From: Gemmatimonadota bacterium
GTDB taxonomy: Bacteria > Gemmatimonadota > Gemmatimonadetes > Gemmatimonadales > GWC2-71-9
DNA: 61,215 nucleotides
Assembly: GCA_016209985.1 (NCBI GenBank)
Contig: JACQVB010000226.1
Span: forward strand, 1 to 61,215
Direction of reading: 5' to 3'
Each line of letters opens with the position of its first letter. Position 1 is the stretch's first letter. The position numbers were made by a program, and so were the translations under genes. Positions 35,866 through 45,008 of the stretch are shown piece after piece. The notes under the pieces are model-generated. The model worked only from the letters and a program-made list of their open reading frames with translations, was not told the DNA's origin and did not search any database.

Positions 35866-36819
35866 ATGAGCGTGTCCGTGGCGTCCCTTCTGCCCGGTTA
35901 TTCGGAACACGAAGACATCGAGCAAGCGGCAATACGGGCTGTCGCGTACGCCGACATTTTCGACTATCCCCTGAGCGGCGTCGAAGTCCATCATTACCTC
36001 CACGGCGTTCCCTCGACCCCTGAAGCCACGGCCGTGGCGCTGCGCCAGTGCGCCGCTCTGGGCGGGCCGTTGGGGGAGCGAGACGGCTTTTACACCTTGC
36101 CCGGTCGCGAAGGGTTGGTGGAGCTGCGCCGCGATCGCCTCACCAGCGCCCAAAGGCGTTGGCCGACGGCGATCAGGTGGGGCAGGGTACTGGGTGGTGT
36201 GCCGTTTGTGCGCATGGTCGCCGTCACCGGATCGCTGGCCTGGGATAATGTCGATAAGGCTGCCGATATCGACTACCTCATCGTCACCGAGCCGGGTCGC
36301 CTGTGGCTCTGCCGCTGGATGGTGACGCTGGTCACGCGCGCGGCCCGTGCGATCGGCATCCCCCTGTGCCCTAACTATCTCATCTCCACCCGTGCGCTCT
36401 CGCTGTCCGACCGCAACATCTACACGGCCCACGAGCTGGTGCGCATGACGCCCATTGTCGGCTTCGGCACTTATCGTCGCCTGCGCAAGCTCAACGCCTG
36501 GTGCTATGATTTCCTGCCGAATGCGCCGGGTCCATCCCTGGTGCCGAGTCGCCGGAAGGAAACGATGCGGGGATGGTGGGACCGGGTGCTCACGCGCCTG
36601 GCGCGACTGAGTGAGGATGCGTTCCGTTCGGAGGCCGGCGCGTTGCTGGAGTGCTGGGAAATGCGCTATCGCATCCGGAAGCGGTTGCGACAGAGTATCG
36701 ACCAGGGCGATTCGGCATACGGTGTCGATCGGTTCAAGTGTCACACCGCAGGGTATCAGCGGCGGATTCTCACGATCTTCGCCCAGCGTCTGCGAAGCCT
36801 GGGAGCACGCGCGCGGTGA
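35866..36819 (+). CDS. Uncharacterised nucleotidyltransferase-fold protein
   Basis: VAVTGSLA...ADIDYLIV (Pol-beta GS/DxD motif), YADIFDYPL and CPNY. Confidence 0.7.
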   Translation: MSVSVASLLPGYSEHEDIEQAAIRAVAYADIFDYPLSGVEVHHYLHGVPSTPEATAVALRQCAALGGPLGERDGFYTLPGREGLVELRRDRLTSAQRRWPTAIRWGRVLGGVPFVRMVAVTGSLAWDNVDKAADIDYLIVTEPGRLWLCRWMVTLVTRAARAIGIPLCPNYLISTRALSLSDRNIYTAHELVRMTPIVGFGTYRRLRKLNAWCYDFLPNAPGPSLVPSRRKETMRGWWDRVLTRLARLSEDAFRSEAGALLECWEMRYRIRKRLRQSIDQGDSAYGVDRFKCHTAGYQRRILTIFAQRLRSLGARAR

Positions 36820-38369
36820 GCGACGTCCTGTTGGGTCAGTCGTACTACCTGCGTTTCGACCCCAAGCTGTGGCAGGCGATGCAGCCCTACCCTCCGCTGG
36901 GCACGATGTACGCCGCTAGCTACCTGCGCCACCGGGGCTATGATGTCGCCCTCTACGATGCGATGCTCGCCGATTCCGTGGAGCAATGGGACGAAGCGCT
37001 GGCGCGCCACCGCCCCCGCTTCGCCGTCCTGTACGAAGACAATTTCAACTATCTGTCCAAGATGTGCCTGCTGCGCATGCGCCAGGCGGCGTTCACCATG
37101 ATCGAATCGGCCCGGCGGGTCGGCTGTACCGTAATCGTGGGTGGCGCCGATCCCACCGATCAAGCAGAGCTTTATTTGTCCCGCGGTGCCCATTTTGTTC
37201 TCCTCGGCGAGGGCGAGGAGACGCTCGCGGACCTGCTCGATCAGTTGGCGGGAGGTCGGCGGGACGCGGCCCAGGCGGTCCCCGGGCTTTCGTGGGCGGG
37301 GACCAATGGAATTCGCTCGAGCGGCCTCCGCGATCCGATCAGGGACCTGGACGCCCTGCCGTTTCCCGCGTGGGACCTGATCGACGTTAATCGCTACCGT
37401 GCCGCGTGGCTCGGACGGCACGGCTATTTCTCGTTGAACATGGTCACGACGCGAGGATGCCCCTACCACTGCAACTGGTGCGCCAATCCGATCTGGGGCC
37501 AGCGCTATAGCGTGCGGAGCCCGGCGAACGTCGTGGCGGAACTGAAATTCTTGAAGGAAACGTACCGGCCTGACCATATCTGGTTCATGGATGACATCAT
37601 GGGCCTGAAGCCGGGTTGGCTCTCGCAGTTCGCGGACCTGGTCGCGGCCCACCAGGTGCCGGTACCGTTCAAGAGTCTCAGCCGCGCCGATCTGCTGTTG
37701 CGGGATGGCGCGATTGACGCATTGCGGCGCGCGGGCTGCCGTACGGTCTGGATCGGCGCGGAGTCGGGCTCGCAGGCGGTTCTGGACGCGATGGAGAAGG
37801 GCACCAGGGTCGAGCAGATTCGCGCCGCGGCCGCCCGGTTGCGGGGCGCGGGCGTCGAGCCGGCGTTCTTTCTGCAATTCGGCTATCCGGGAGAGAGCTG
37901 GGGCGACATCCGAAAGACATTCCGGCTGGTCTGGGACTGCATGCCTGACGACATCGGGGTATCGGTGTCCTATCCCCTGCCGGGTACCAAATTCCATCAA
38001 CGGGTGTCTCATGAGCTGGGCCAGAAGCACAATTGGCAGGACTCCGACGATCTGGCCATGCTCTACCGGGGCCCGTTCTCCACGTCGTTTTATCGCACTC
38101 TCCACCTCGCGCTGCATCGAGAGTATCGTCTGCGTCGCGCCTGGCTCGGTCTCACGCGCGCGCTCTCCAGCCCGCGAACGATGCGGCCAGGCCACCTGCG
38201 CGCGCTGGCGGCAACGACCTTGCGGGCCTTCACCCTTCCACTGTTGTGGTTGCGGCTCTGGTGGTTGCGCTCCCGGCGCCAGGCAGGCGTGGGACCGCTG
38301 CGTCCCGCGCTCTCACCCACCGAGGCGGCCCGGCCGACCCGCGAGGATCCGCCGGTGGTGGCGGCCTGA
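36816..38369 (+). CDS. B12-binding radical SAM protein
   Basis: PPLGTMYAAS, GEGEETL, TRGCPYHCNWC, GAESGS and PLPGT; GTGA overlap at the start. Confidence 0.92.
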   Translation: MSDVLLGQSYYLRFDPKLWQAMQPYPPLGTMYAASYLRHRGYDVALYDAMLADSVEQWDEALARHRPRFAVLYEDNFNYLSKMCLLRMRQAAFTMIESARRVGCTVIVGGADPTDQAELYLSRGAHFVLLGEGEETLADLLDQLAGGRRDAAQAVPGLSWAGTNGIRSSGLRDPIRDLDALPFPAWDLIDVNRYRAAWLGRHGYFSLNMVTTRGCPYHCNWCANPIWGQRYSVRSPANVVAELKFLKETYRPDHIWFMDDIMGLKPGWLSQFADLVAAHQVPVPFKSLSRADLLLRDGAIDALRRAGCRTVWIGAESGSQAVLDAMEKGTRVEQIRAAAARLRGAGVEPAFFLQFGYPGESWGDIRKTFRLVWDCMPDDIGVSVSYPLPGTKFHQRVSHELGQKHNWQDSDDLAMLYRGPFSTSFYRTLHLALHREYRLRRAWLGLTRALSSPRTMRPGHLRALAATTLRAFTLPLLWLRLWWLRSRRQAGVGPLRPALSPTEAARPTREDPPVVAA

Positions 38370-39211
38370 TGAGAGCCGAAGAAATCACCACTGGTCGGGA
38401 AGGGTCCGCGGAGCATTGGCGTCTCGTCGCCGATGGGTTTTCCCAGAAGGCGCTGGAATACGAGGCGTTTTGGACCGACCATCCGAACTTCACGCGCATG
38501 CGCGAGCGGGTTCAGGCCCACTTCGACGGGCTGCTCGCCCCCGCATCGAGAATTCTGGAGCTGAACGCTGGCACGGGCATTGACGCACTGCGTCTCGCCC
38601 GCCGAGGGCACCGGGTTCATGCCACCGACCTCGCCCCGGGCATGATCGCCGCGATTGAAGCAAAGATGCGCACCGCCGGTCTCGGGGACCGACTTAGCGT
38701 CCAGCGCTGCTCCTACCTGGACCTCGAACTGGTGTCGGTCGGACCATTCGATGCGGTGTTCTCGAACTTCGGCGGACTCAACTGCGTCGAGGATCTTGGC
38801 CGGGTGACTCGGCTGCTCAAGAAGCTTCTGGTGCCGGGAGGCCTGGTAACGTGGGTGATCATGCCTCCAATCTGTCCCTGGGAATGGCTTGCCCTGCGGC
38901 GGGGCGATTGGGGCACGGCGGTCCGCCGGCTGCGGCCGGGTGGTGTGATCGCGCACGTTGGTGGCGCACACTTCCGCACCTATTACTTCACTCCTCGCCA
39001 GGTCATCGGGTCCTTCGGCTCGGAGTTTCGGCCCATCAAGCTCGAGGGGCTTTCGTTGTTTGCCCCGCCCGGCGACCGCAAGGAGTTTGCCCACCGGCAC
39101 CCGCATTGGTACCGGACGTTGGTGCGCTTGGACGACTGGCTCTGCACCCTGCCTCCATTTCGGAATTGGGGAGATTTCTTCATCCTCAGCCTGCGCTATC
39201 GGCGGACTTGA
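38369..39211 (+). CDS. Class I SAM methyltransferase
   Basis: ILELNAGTGID and FDAVFSNFGGLNC; TGATG overlap at the start. Confidence 0.88.
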   Translation: MRAEEITTGREGSAEHWRLVADGFSQKALEYEAFWTDHPNFTRMRERVQAHFDGLLAPASRILELNAGTGIDALRLARRGHRVHATDLAPGMIAAIEAKMRTAGLGDRLSVQRCSYLDLELVSVGPFDAVFSNFGGLNCVEDLGRVTRLLKKLLVPGGLVTWVIMPPICPWEWLALRRGDWGTAVRRLRPGGVIAHVGGAHFRTYYFTPRQVIGSFGSEFRPIKLEGLSLFAPPGDRKEFAHRHPHWYRTLVRLDDWLCTLPPFRNWGDFFILSLRYRRT

Positions 39212-39249
39212 GCAGTGCGGCCTCCGGGTCGTATGGCGCGACGGGCCCT

Positions 39250-40014
39250 GTGAACGACGACGAGCTGCTGCACGCCCGAGACGTGCTCACGCACCGCTGG
39301 ACCGGCGGAGCTGGTCCTCGCGGCGAGCCACCGCAGGGCGTGATCCTGTGCCACCAGGCAGGCATGCTGGGATCTGCGTTGGCTCGATGGCGCACCCGGC
39401 GAGTAGGGGGGTTCGAGGCCGATCTCCGGATGCTGCGGCGCACCGGCGGGCGCATTGCAGTTGCTACTCGCTTCGGGGTCGGTGGACCGGCGGCGGTCGC
39501 GCTCCTCGAGGAGCTGGTGGCTTTTGGCGTGCCGCGCTTCATCTCGATCGGAATGGCCGGTGGGCTGCGCGAGCGATCGCGGGCCGGTGATCTGATTGTG
39601 GCGAAATCGGCGCTCCGCGCCGATGGCACGTCGGCCCATTATCTGCCGGCAGGAAGGGCGGCAGAGCCATCGGCCGGAGTTACCCGCCAGTTGGCCAGCG
39701 CTCTCGAGCGCCGTGGCCACCCCTACCTGGCCGCTCCGGTCTGCACCACCGACGCCCCGTACCGGACCACCCGGGCGGCGGTGGAGCACTGGACCCGTGC
39801 CGGAGGAGTGGCGGTCGAGATGGAGGCCGCCGGGCTCTTCGCCGCGGGTCAGCTACGCGGTGTAGAAGTGGCTGCGGCATGCTGTGTCGCCGACGGCCTG
39901 TCGCAGGCTGGATGGCGTTTGGACTTCAACCACGCCGCTGTCGCTGCGGGAATGCGTTGTCTGCTCGCTGCCGCGATCGAGGCGCTGGATCAGCCGCGAA
40001 ACACCGTAGCGTGA
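39250..40014 (+). CDS. Nucleoside phosphorylase (PNP/UDP family)
   Basis: GVGGP...EEL, IGMAGGL, GTSAHY, TTDAPYR and VEMEAAG; start may instead be TTG 39208. Confidence 0.85.
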   Translation: MNDDELLHARDVLTHRWTGGAGPRGEPPQGVILCHQAGMLGSALARWRTRRVGGFEADLRMLRRTGGRIAVATRFGVGGPAAVALLEELVAFGVPRFISIGMAGGLRERSRAGDLIVAKSALRADGTSAHYLPAGRAAEPSAGVTRQLASALERRGHPYLAAPVCTTDAPYRTTRAAVEHWTRAGGVAVEMEAAGLFAAGQLRGVEVAAACCVADGLSQAGWRLDFNHAAVAAGMRCLLAAAIEALDQPRNTVA

Positions 40015-41177
40015 ATCCCGCCATTGTGGTTCTCGCGTACAACCGGCCGGCGCCGCTCCAACGTCTGCTCGATTCCATCGCCAGAGGACTGTATCCGCCC
40101 GGAAGCCAGGTGCCGCTGGTCCTGTCTATCGATTCAGGCGGGAATCCAGAAGTGTTGCGCATCGCCCGGCGGTTCCAGTGGCCGCACGGCGAGAAGAACA
40201 TCGTTGTGGCGCAGGCGCATCTTGGTCTGGTCGAACACTTTCACCGAGCCGGAGACCTGACCAGCGAATTCGGCTCGGTCGTGCTGCTGGAGGACGATGT
40301 GGTCGTCTCCCCGGCGTTCTACCAGTATGCATCCGGAGCGTTGGCGTTTTATGCCGATGATGACCGTATCGCCGGCGTGTCGCTCTATGCGCTCTGGTTC
40401 AACGGGTACAACCACCTCCCATTTGTGCCGCTTCTCGACGTCTCGGATATCTTCTTCCTGCAGATTCCGTACACCCAGGGCCAGGCCTTTACCTCGGGAC
40501 AGTGGGCGCGTTACCTCGCGTGGCGAGCCGCGAACGACCCGAAACCGGCGCGGGGCGATCCGCTTCACCCACTCCTTTTTCAGTTCGGGCCCGAAGAGTG
40601 GTTTCCCGAGCGGGTGAAATTCCTGGGGACGACCGCCCGGTACTTCGTCTATCCCCGAGAATCCCTCAGCACTGGATTTGGAGATCCCGGCACCCATTTC
40701 GCGCACGGCAGTCGCTGGTTCCAGGTTCCGGTTCAGGCGTTCAAAATGCAGCATCGGTTCATCCCCCTCGATGAGTCCCCGGCGGTCTACGACACGTTCT
40801 TTGAAATCCTGCCGGATCGCCTGCGCCGCCTGGCGCCCAGCTTGCCCGAGGCCGGTTTTGACGTCGACCTGTACGCGAGCAAGCCGCCAGGCGCTCTGCG
40901 ACAGGATCTCGTGCTGTCGTCGCGTCGCTCCCGCGCTCCACTGGGGAGCTGGGGACGGGTGATGTGGCCGCAGGAGGCCAACGTCGCTCAGGAGGTGCCG
41001 GGCGACGATATTGCGCTGTCGCCGCGCGCGGACCTCCGGTGGAGCCGGTGGGAGGAGCTGCGACTGCAGAAGGCCTTGCACGACTACTTCACCCGCGGGC
41101 GCGGGCTCCCTCGGCGATTCCGGCTCTTCTCCGGCATGGTGGACCTGTGGTCGAAGATCGGGTCCCCGGGCAGATGA
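40011..41177 (+). CDS. GT-A fold glycosyltransferase-like protein
   Basis: IVVLAYNRP, LSID, LLEDDVVVSP and IAGVSLY. Confidence 0.75.
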   Translation: MNPAIVVLAYNRPAPLQRLLDSIARGLYPPGSQVPLVLSIDSGGNPEVLRIARRFQWPHGEKNIVVAQAHLGLVEHFHRAGDLTSEFGSVVLLEDDVVVSPAFYQYASGALAFYADDDRIAGVSLYALWFNGYNHLPFVPLLDVSDIFFLQIPYTQGQAFTSGQWARYLAWRAANDPKPARGDPLHPLLFQFGPEEWFPERVKFLGTTARYFVYPRESLSTGFGDPGTHFAHGSRWFQVPVQAFKMQHRFIPLDESPAVYDTFFEILPDRLRRLAPSLPEAGFDVDLYASKPPGALRQDLVLSSRRSRAPLGSWGRVMWPQEANVAQEVPGDDIALSPRADLRWSRWEELRLQKALHDYFTRGRGLPRRFRLFSGMVDLWSKIGSPGR

Positions 41178-42142
41178 AGCCTGCCGACCTGAGTCGCGTG
41201 ATTCGGCACGTGCCGGTGCTGTTGTTCGGGCGGCCGCTGCATGGTCAGGAACGGTACCGGCCGTTCTTCATTGTCGGCTCGGGCCGGTGTGGTTCGACAC
41301 TACTGCGCGCCATGCTGGAGGCGCACCCCGACATCCATGTCCCGCCGGAGACCCACGCCCTCGGCTGTGCGCTGCGAGCCTACCGGCGGTATTCCCGGTT
41401 GCCGTGGGCCACGTTGCTGCGAGTGGTGCTGACGCACTTCCAGTACCATCGGCACTGGGACACCTTCGAGATGGACCTCGGACTGCTGTACCGCGAGCTC
41501 GCTGTCAGTCCCCCGGAGGCCCGCAATCTCGCGACGGTGCTCAACGCCCTCTATCGAGCCCACGCTGCCCTTCACAAGCCATCGGCTATCCGTTGGGGCG
41601 ACAAAACTCCGGCCAACACTTACTGGCTGCCGCAGTTGCGATCGGCTTTTCCGGACTTGCGAGTGATCCATATGGTCCGGGATGGCCGGGACGTGGTAGG
41701 CTCGTTTCTTCGGCTCAATCAGTTGGATCTGATTCCTGCGTCGGAGTTTTGGAGCCGGGCGGTGCGTACCGCCCAGACGTTCGGCGTCCGGCATCCCGCG
41801 CAGTATCTCGAGGTCCGCTACGAACGCCTGGTTACCGAGCCCCGGGCAGTCGTCCAGCAAGTGGCCGGCTTCCTGGATTTTTCCCTCGATGAGCGGATGT
41901 TGCGCCACCACGAACTCGGGCTCCGGCTTGGCGACGTCGAACGCATGCCGCACCTTCAGGGAGTGCGGCAACCGATTTACCGTACCGCGGCCGGACGCTG
42001 GCGGAGCGAGCTCAATGCGGGGCAGATCGTCCAGATTGAGCGCCTTTTGGGACCCATGCTTGCCAGCCTCGGCTACCTGGAGGGCGACGCCCACGCCGAG
42101 CACGGCGCGGACATGGTAGACCATGGGGCCGCGAGGTCCTGA
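41174..42142 (+). CDS. Sulfotransferase
   Basis: FIVGSGRCGSTLL (PAPS loop), WGDKTP, VRDGRDV and VRYERLV. Confidence 0.9.
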   Translation: MKPADLSRVIRHVPVLLFGRPLHGQERYRPFFIVGSGRCGSTLLRAMLEAHPDIHVPPETHALGCALRAYRRYSRLPWATLLRVVLTHFQYHRHWDTFEMDLGLLYRELAVSPPEARNLATVLNALYRAHAALHKPSAIRWGDKTPANTYWLPQLRSAFPDLRVIHMVRDGRDVVGSFLRLNQLDLIPASEFWSRAVRTAQTFGVRHPAQYLEVRYERLVTEPRAVVQQVAGFLDFSLDERMLRHHELGLRLGDVERMPHLQGVRQPIYRTAAGRWRSELNAGQIVQIERLLGPMLASLGYLEGDAHAEHGADMVDHGAARS

Positions 42143-42210
42143 GTCTGCGTATGTGGTCCAGCCGCCACTCCCCGGCATGGTCCGGGAACGACCGCGGAGT
42201 ACGGCTAAAG

Positions 42211-42239
42211 TTGAGATTTCTCATTGTGCCACCTATCTT
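42211..42239 (+). promoter_or_regulatory. Putative sigma70 promoter of rpsU
   Basis: TTGAGA-17-TATCTT. Confidence 0.55.
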
Positions 42240-42281
42240 TACGGCCTCTATGCCGACGGGATCTGAGAGGGCGAGCATAGC

Positions 42282-42473
42282 ATGCCGGAAGTGATCATCC
42301 ACGACGACGAAAGTTTCGAGCGGGCCTTGAAGCGCTTCAAGAAAAAGTGCGAAAAGGCCGGCATCCTGTCTGACCTTCGCAAGCACCGCCACTATGAAAA
42401 ACCCAGCGAACGCCGGAAGCGGAAGATAAACGCGGCCCGTCGCAAGAATCGCAGGGAGCACTACGCGACGTGA
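42282..42473 (+). CDS. rpsU: 30S ribosomal protein S21
   Basis: [10 protein letters not shown]...YEKPSERRK. Confidence 0.96.
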   Translation: MPEVIIHDDESFERALKRFKKKCEKAGILSDLRKHRHYEKPSERRKRKINAARRKNRREHYAT

Positions 42474-42641
42474 TCGACCAGCCGTTGGAGGGAGTGGACG
42501 TTAGAGGTGAGCAGTGAGCGGTTCGCAGAGAGGCCGGAAGCAGCCTTCCGCCGTGATCCCACCAGACAATCGAGAAACGGTAGCCCGGAGAAGAACCCTC
42601 CCCGTGGCGCGCGTTGCGTGCCGAACGGCGTGGGTGGGTGA

Positions 42642-45008
42642 GTGATGGTGGATCTCTCGGAATATCCGACAGAAGGGGTGCAGGTGACCGCGTTCACCGG
42701 CACCCCTTCCGCTTTTCGGGAGGTGGCGGACCGACCGGCGCTCGCGCAGCTCGAGTTGGCCGCGGCGCTGGAATGCGTCGCGGCGTTCGCCGCAGGTCCC
42801 CACGGTGCGGAGCGGGTCCGCGCCCGCCGCCCGGTCGCCGACCTCCAATGGATTCGCTCGGAGCTCGACCGAGTGCGGCAGCTTTCGGACCTACTCGGCC
42901 GTGGTGATGGCTTCCGGCCGGAGGCGGTCGCGTCGGTCGAACGGGTACTGAGCGTGCTGGCCGCCGACGGCGCGGTGCTCGAAGGCCCCGAGCTCGCCGA
43001 GCTGCGGCGGACGCTCGAGGCCATGCACCTGGTGTCTGCCGAGCTGCGCCGCATCGCGAAAGAGGCGCCGGCCGTCGCGGCCCTGGCGGTGGAGCTTCCA
43101 CCGCGCGAGTTGACGCGTCTCCTTGCGGGCGCACTGGAGCCCGATGGAGCGGTGCGGGACGGCGCGTCGCCCCAGCTCGCGCGCGCGCGCCGCAAGGTGC
43201 GAGACACCCGCGCGCGCCTGGTCGCGCTCCTCGACGGGCTGCTCCGCTCGCTGGGCCCGCAACACGCGCCACCCGAAGGCACCGTCACCGTGCGTGGCGG
43301 TCGCTACGTGATCCCGGTATTTCGGGAGTCGCGCACCCGGGCGGGGGGCATCGTGCACGGAGAGTCGGGGTCCGGGGCGACGCTGTTCGTGGAGCCGGCC
43401 GCCGCGGTAGAGGTGGGCAATGAGCTGGCCGAGGCCGAGGCGGAGGAGGCACGGGCGGTGCTGGCGGTGCTCCGCGACCTCACCGCAACGCTGCGTCCGG
43501 AGGCGGACCGGATCGCGAGCGGCTGGGAAATGTGCGTCGCGGCGGATGACGTGTATGCGCGTGCGCGCTATGGCTCCGAAGTGAAAGGAAGCGCGCCTCG
43601 CCTCGCACCGGCGCCGGCCGCTCTCGGGATCCGGAACTGCCGCCACCCCCTGCTGCTCGCCGAGCTGGGCCATGCCGTGCCCTTCGATCTCGAGCTGACC
43701 GATGCGGAAACTGCGGTCATCATCAGCGGGCCCAACACCGGCGGCAAAACCGTTCTGCTCAAGGCGATCGGGCTGGTCGCCGCGCTGACCCAATCGGGCG
43801 TGATCCCGCCGGTGGGCGAAGGGACCGAGCTCCCAGTGTTCCAGCGGATCTTCTCTGATATCGGTGACCGGCAATCGATTGCCGAAAGCCTCTCTACCTT
43901 CAGCGGTCACCTGCAAAACCTGAAAGCGATGCTCCAGGGCGCCGATGCCGCGAGCCTGGTCCTGCTGGACGAGCTGGGAAGCGGAACCGATCCCTTCGAG
44001 GGCGGAGCCCTCGCTGCCGCCGTCATCGTGGCGTTGGTGGCGCGGCACAGTCTCACCATTGCCACCACGCACCTGAGCCAGCTCAAGGAGCTGGCGACCA
44101 CTTCCACCGGTGTGGTCAACGCCTCGCTCCGCTTCGATGGCGAGGAGATGCGGCCCACCTATGAGCTGGTCAAAGGCGTGCCCGGCCGCTCCTATGGCCT
44201 GGCCATCGCCCGCCGCCTGGGGCTGCCCGATGACGTGCTGGCGGAAGCGGAATCCCGCCGGCCGGCTCAGGAGCGCTCGCTCGACGAGCTGTTGGCGCAG
44301 GTCGAAGCCACCAGCGCGGCGCTCGCATTGCGCGAGCGCGAGGTGGCGGAGCGGGAAGAAAGCATCCAGGGAGCGAGAGGGGATCTCGAAGCCTTGAGAG
44401 AAGAGCTGGAAACTCGCGCCGCCGGCCTGTCTGAGCGCGAACGGGAGCTCCAGCGTTCCGCCCGTGAGCAGGCGCGAGCGTTCCTCCTGCAGGCCAGAAA
44501 ACGGGTGGAAGAAGCACTGGGGATGGCGCGGGCCGCCGTCAGCGAAGCGTCCGCCAAGGAGGCCCGCCGGTTGGTCGAAGAGGGCGTGAAGTCCGAAAGC
44601 GAGGCGGTGAAGAAGCTGAAAGAAGCGGCAGAGAAGAAAGGCTGGAAGGTGAGTGGTGAGTGGGACATGGTACGTGGTGGTTCTGGCGCGCCGACACCCA
44701 CCGCGTCTCAGAAACCATCCACGCACCGCGCACCACGCACTAGTCACCGGGAAAGCGCCGCCCCTGCCTCGGAAGTCGACCTCCGCGGCATGACCGGTGA
44801 CGAAGCCGAGGTCGTTCTGCTCCGCGCACTCGACGATGCGATCCTGGCCGAGCTCCCTCATCTCCGCATCATCCATGGCAAGGGAACCGGTGCGCTGCGG
44901 GTTCGGGTGGGGCAGCTCCTGAAAGCGGACCGGCGGGTGAGAAGCTTCGCTCTCGCGCCGGCGCAGCAAGGCGGGTCCGGCGTCACCATTGCGGAATTCC
45001 AGCCGTGA
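42642..45008 (+). CDS. mutS2: Endonuclease MutS2
   Basis: SGPNTGGKT, DIGDRQSI, DELGSGTDP and Smr domain IIHGKGTG; start uncertain. Confidence 0.93.
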   Translation: MMVDLSEYPTEGVQVTAFTGTPSAFREVADRPALAQLELAAALECVAAFAAGPHGAERVRARRPVADLQWIRSELDRVRQLSDLLGRGDGFRPEAVASVERVLSVLAADGAVLEGPELAELRRTLEAMHLVSAELRRIAKEAPAVAALAVELPPRELTRLLAGALEPDGAVRDGASPQLARARRKVRDTRARLVALLDGLLRSLGPQHAPPEGTVTVRGGRYVIPVFRESRTRAGGIVHGESGSGATLFVEPAAAVEVGNELAEAEAEEARAVLAVLRDLTATLRPEADRIASGWEMCVAADDVYARARYGSEVKGSAPRLAPAPAALGIRNCRHPLLLAELGHAVPFDLELTDAETAVIISGPNTGGKTVLLKAIGLVAALTQSGVIPPVGEGTELPVFQRIFSDIGDRQSIAESLSTFSGHLQNLKAMLQGADAASLVLLDELGSGTDPFEGGALAAAVIVALVARHSLTIATTHLSQLKELATTSTGVVNASLRFDGEEMRPTYELVKGVPGRSYGLAIARRLGLPDDVLAEAESRRPAQERSLDELLAQVEATSAALALREREVAEREESIQGARGDLEALREELETRAAGLSERERELQRSAREQARAFLLQARKRVEEALGMARAAVSEASAKEARRLVEEGVKSESEAVKKLKEAAEKKGWKVSGEWDMVRGGSGAPTPTASQKPSTHRAPRTSHRESAAPASEVDLRGMTGDEAEVVLLRALDDAILAELPHLRIIHGKGTGALRVRVGQLLKADRRVRSFALAPAQQGGSGVTIAEFQP
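44648..44748. repeat. In-frame 7-mer (GGTGAGT/GGTGCGT) inverted pair in the mutS2 linker
   Basis: ggtgagtggtgagtgggacatggtacgtgg ... ccacgcaccgcgcaccacgcactagtcacc. Confidence 0.7.

Noticed and set aside
42891-44969. 692-aa minus-strand ORF and similar long antisense ORFs (36756-38195, 52209-53468, 57734-59062, 59834-61114)
   Set aside because: Shadows of well-supported plus-strand genes
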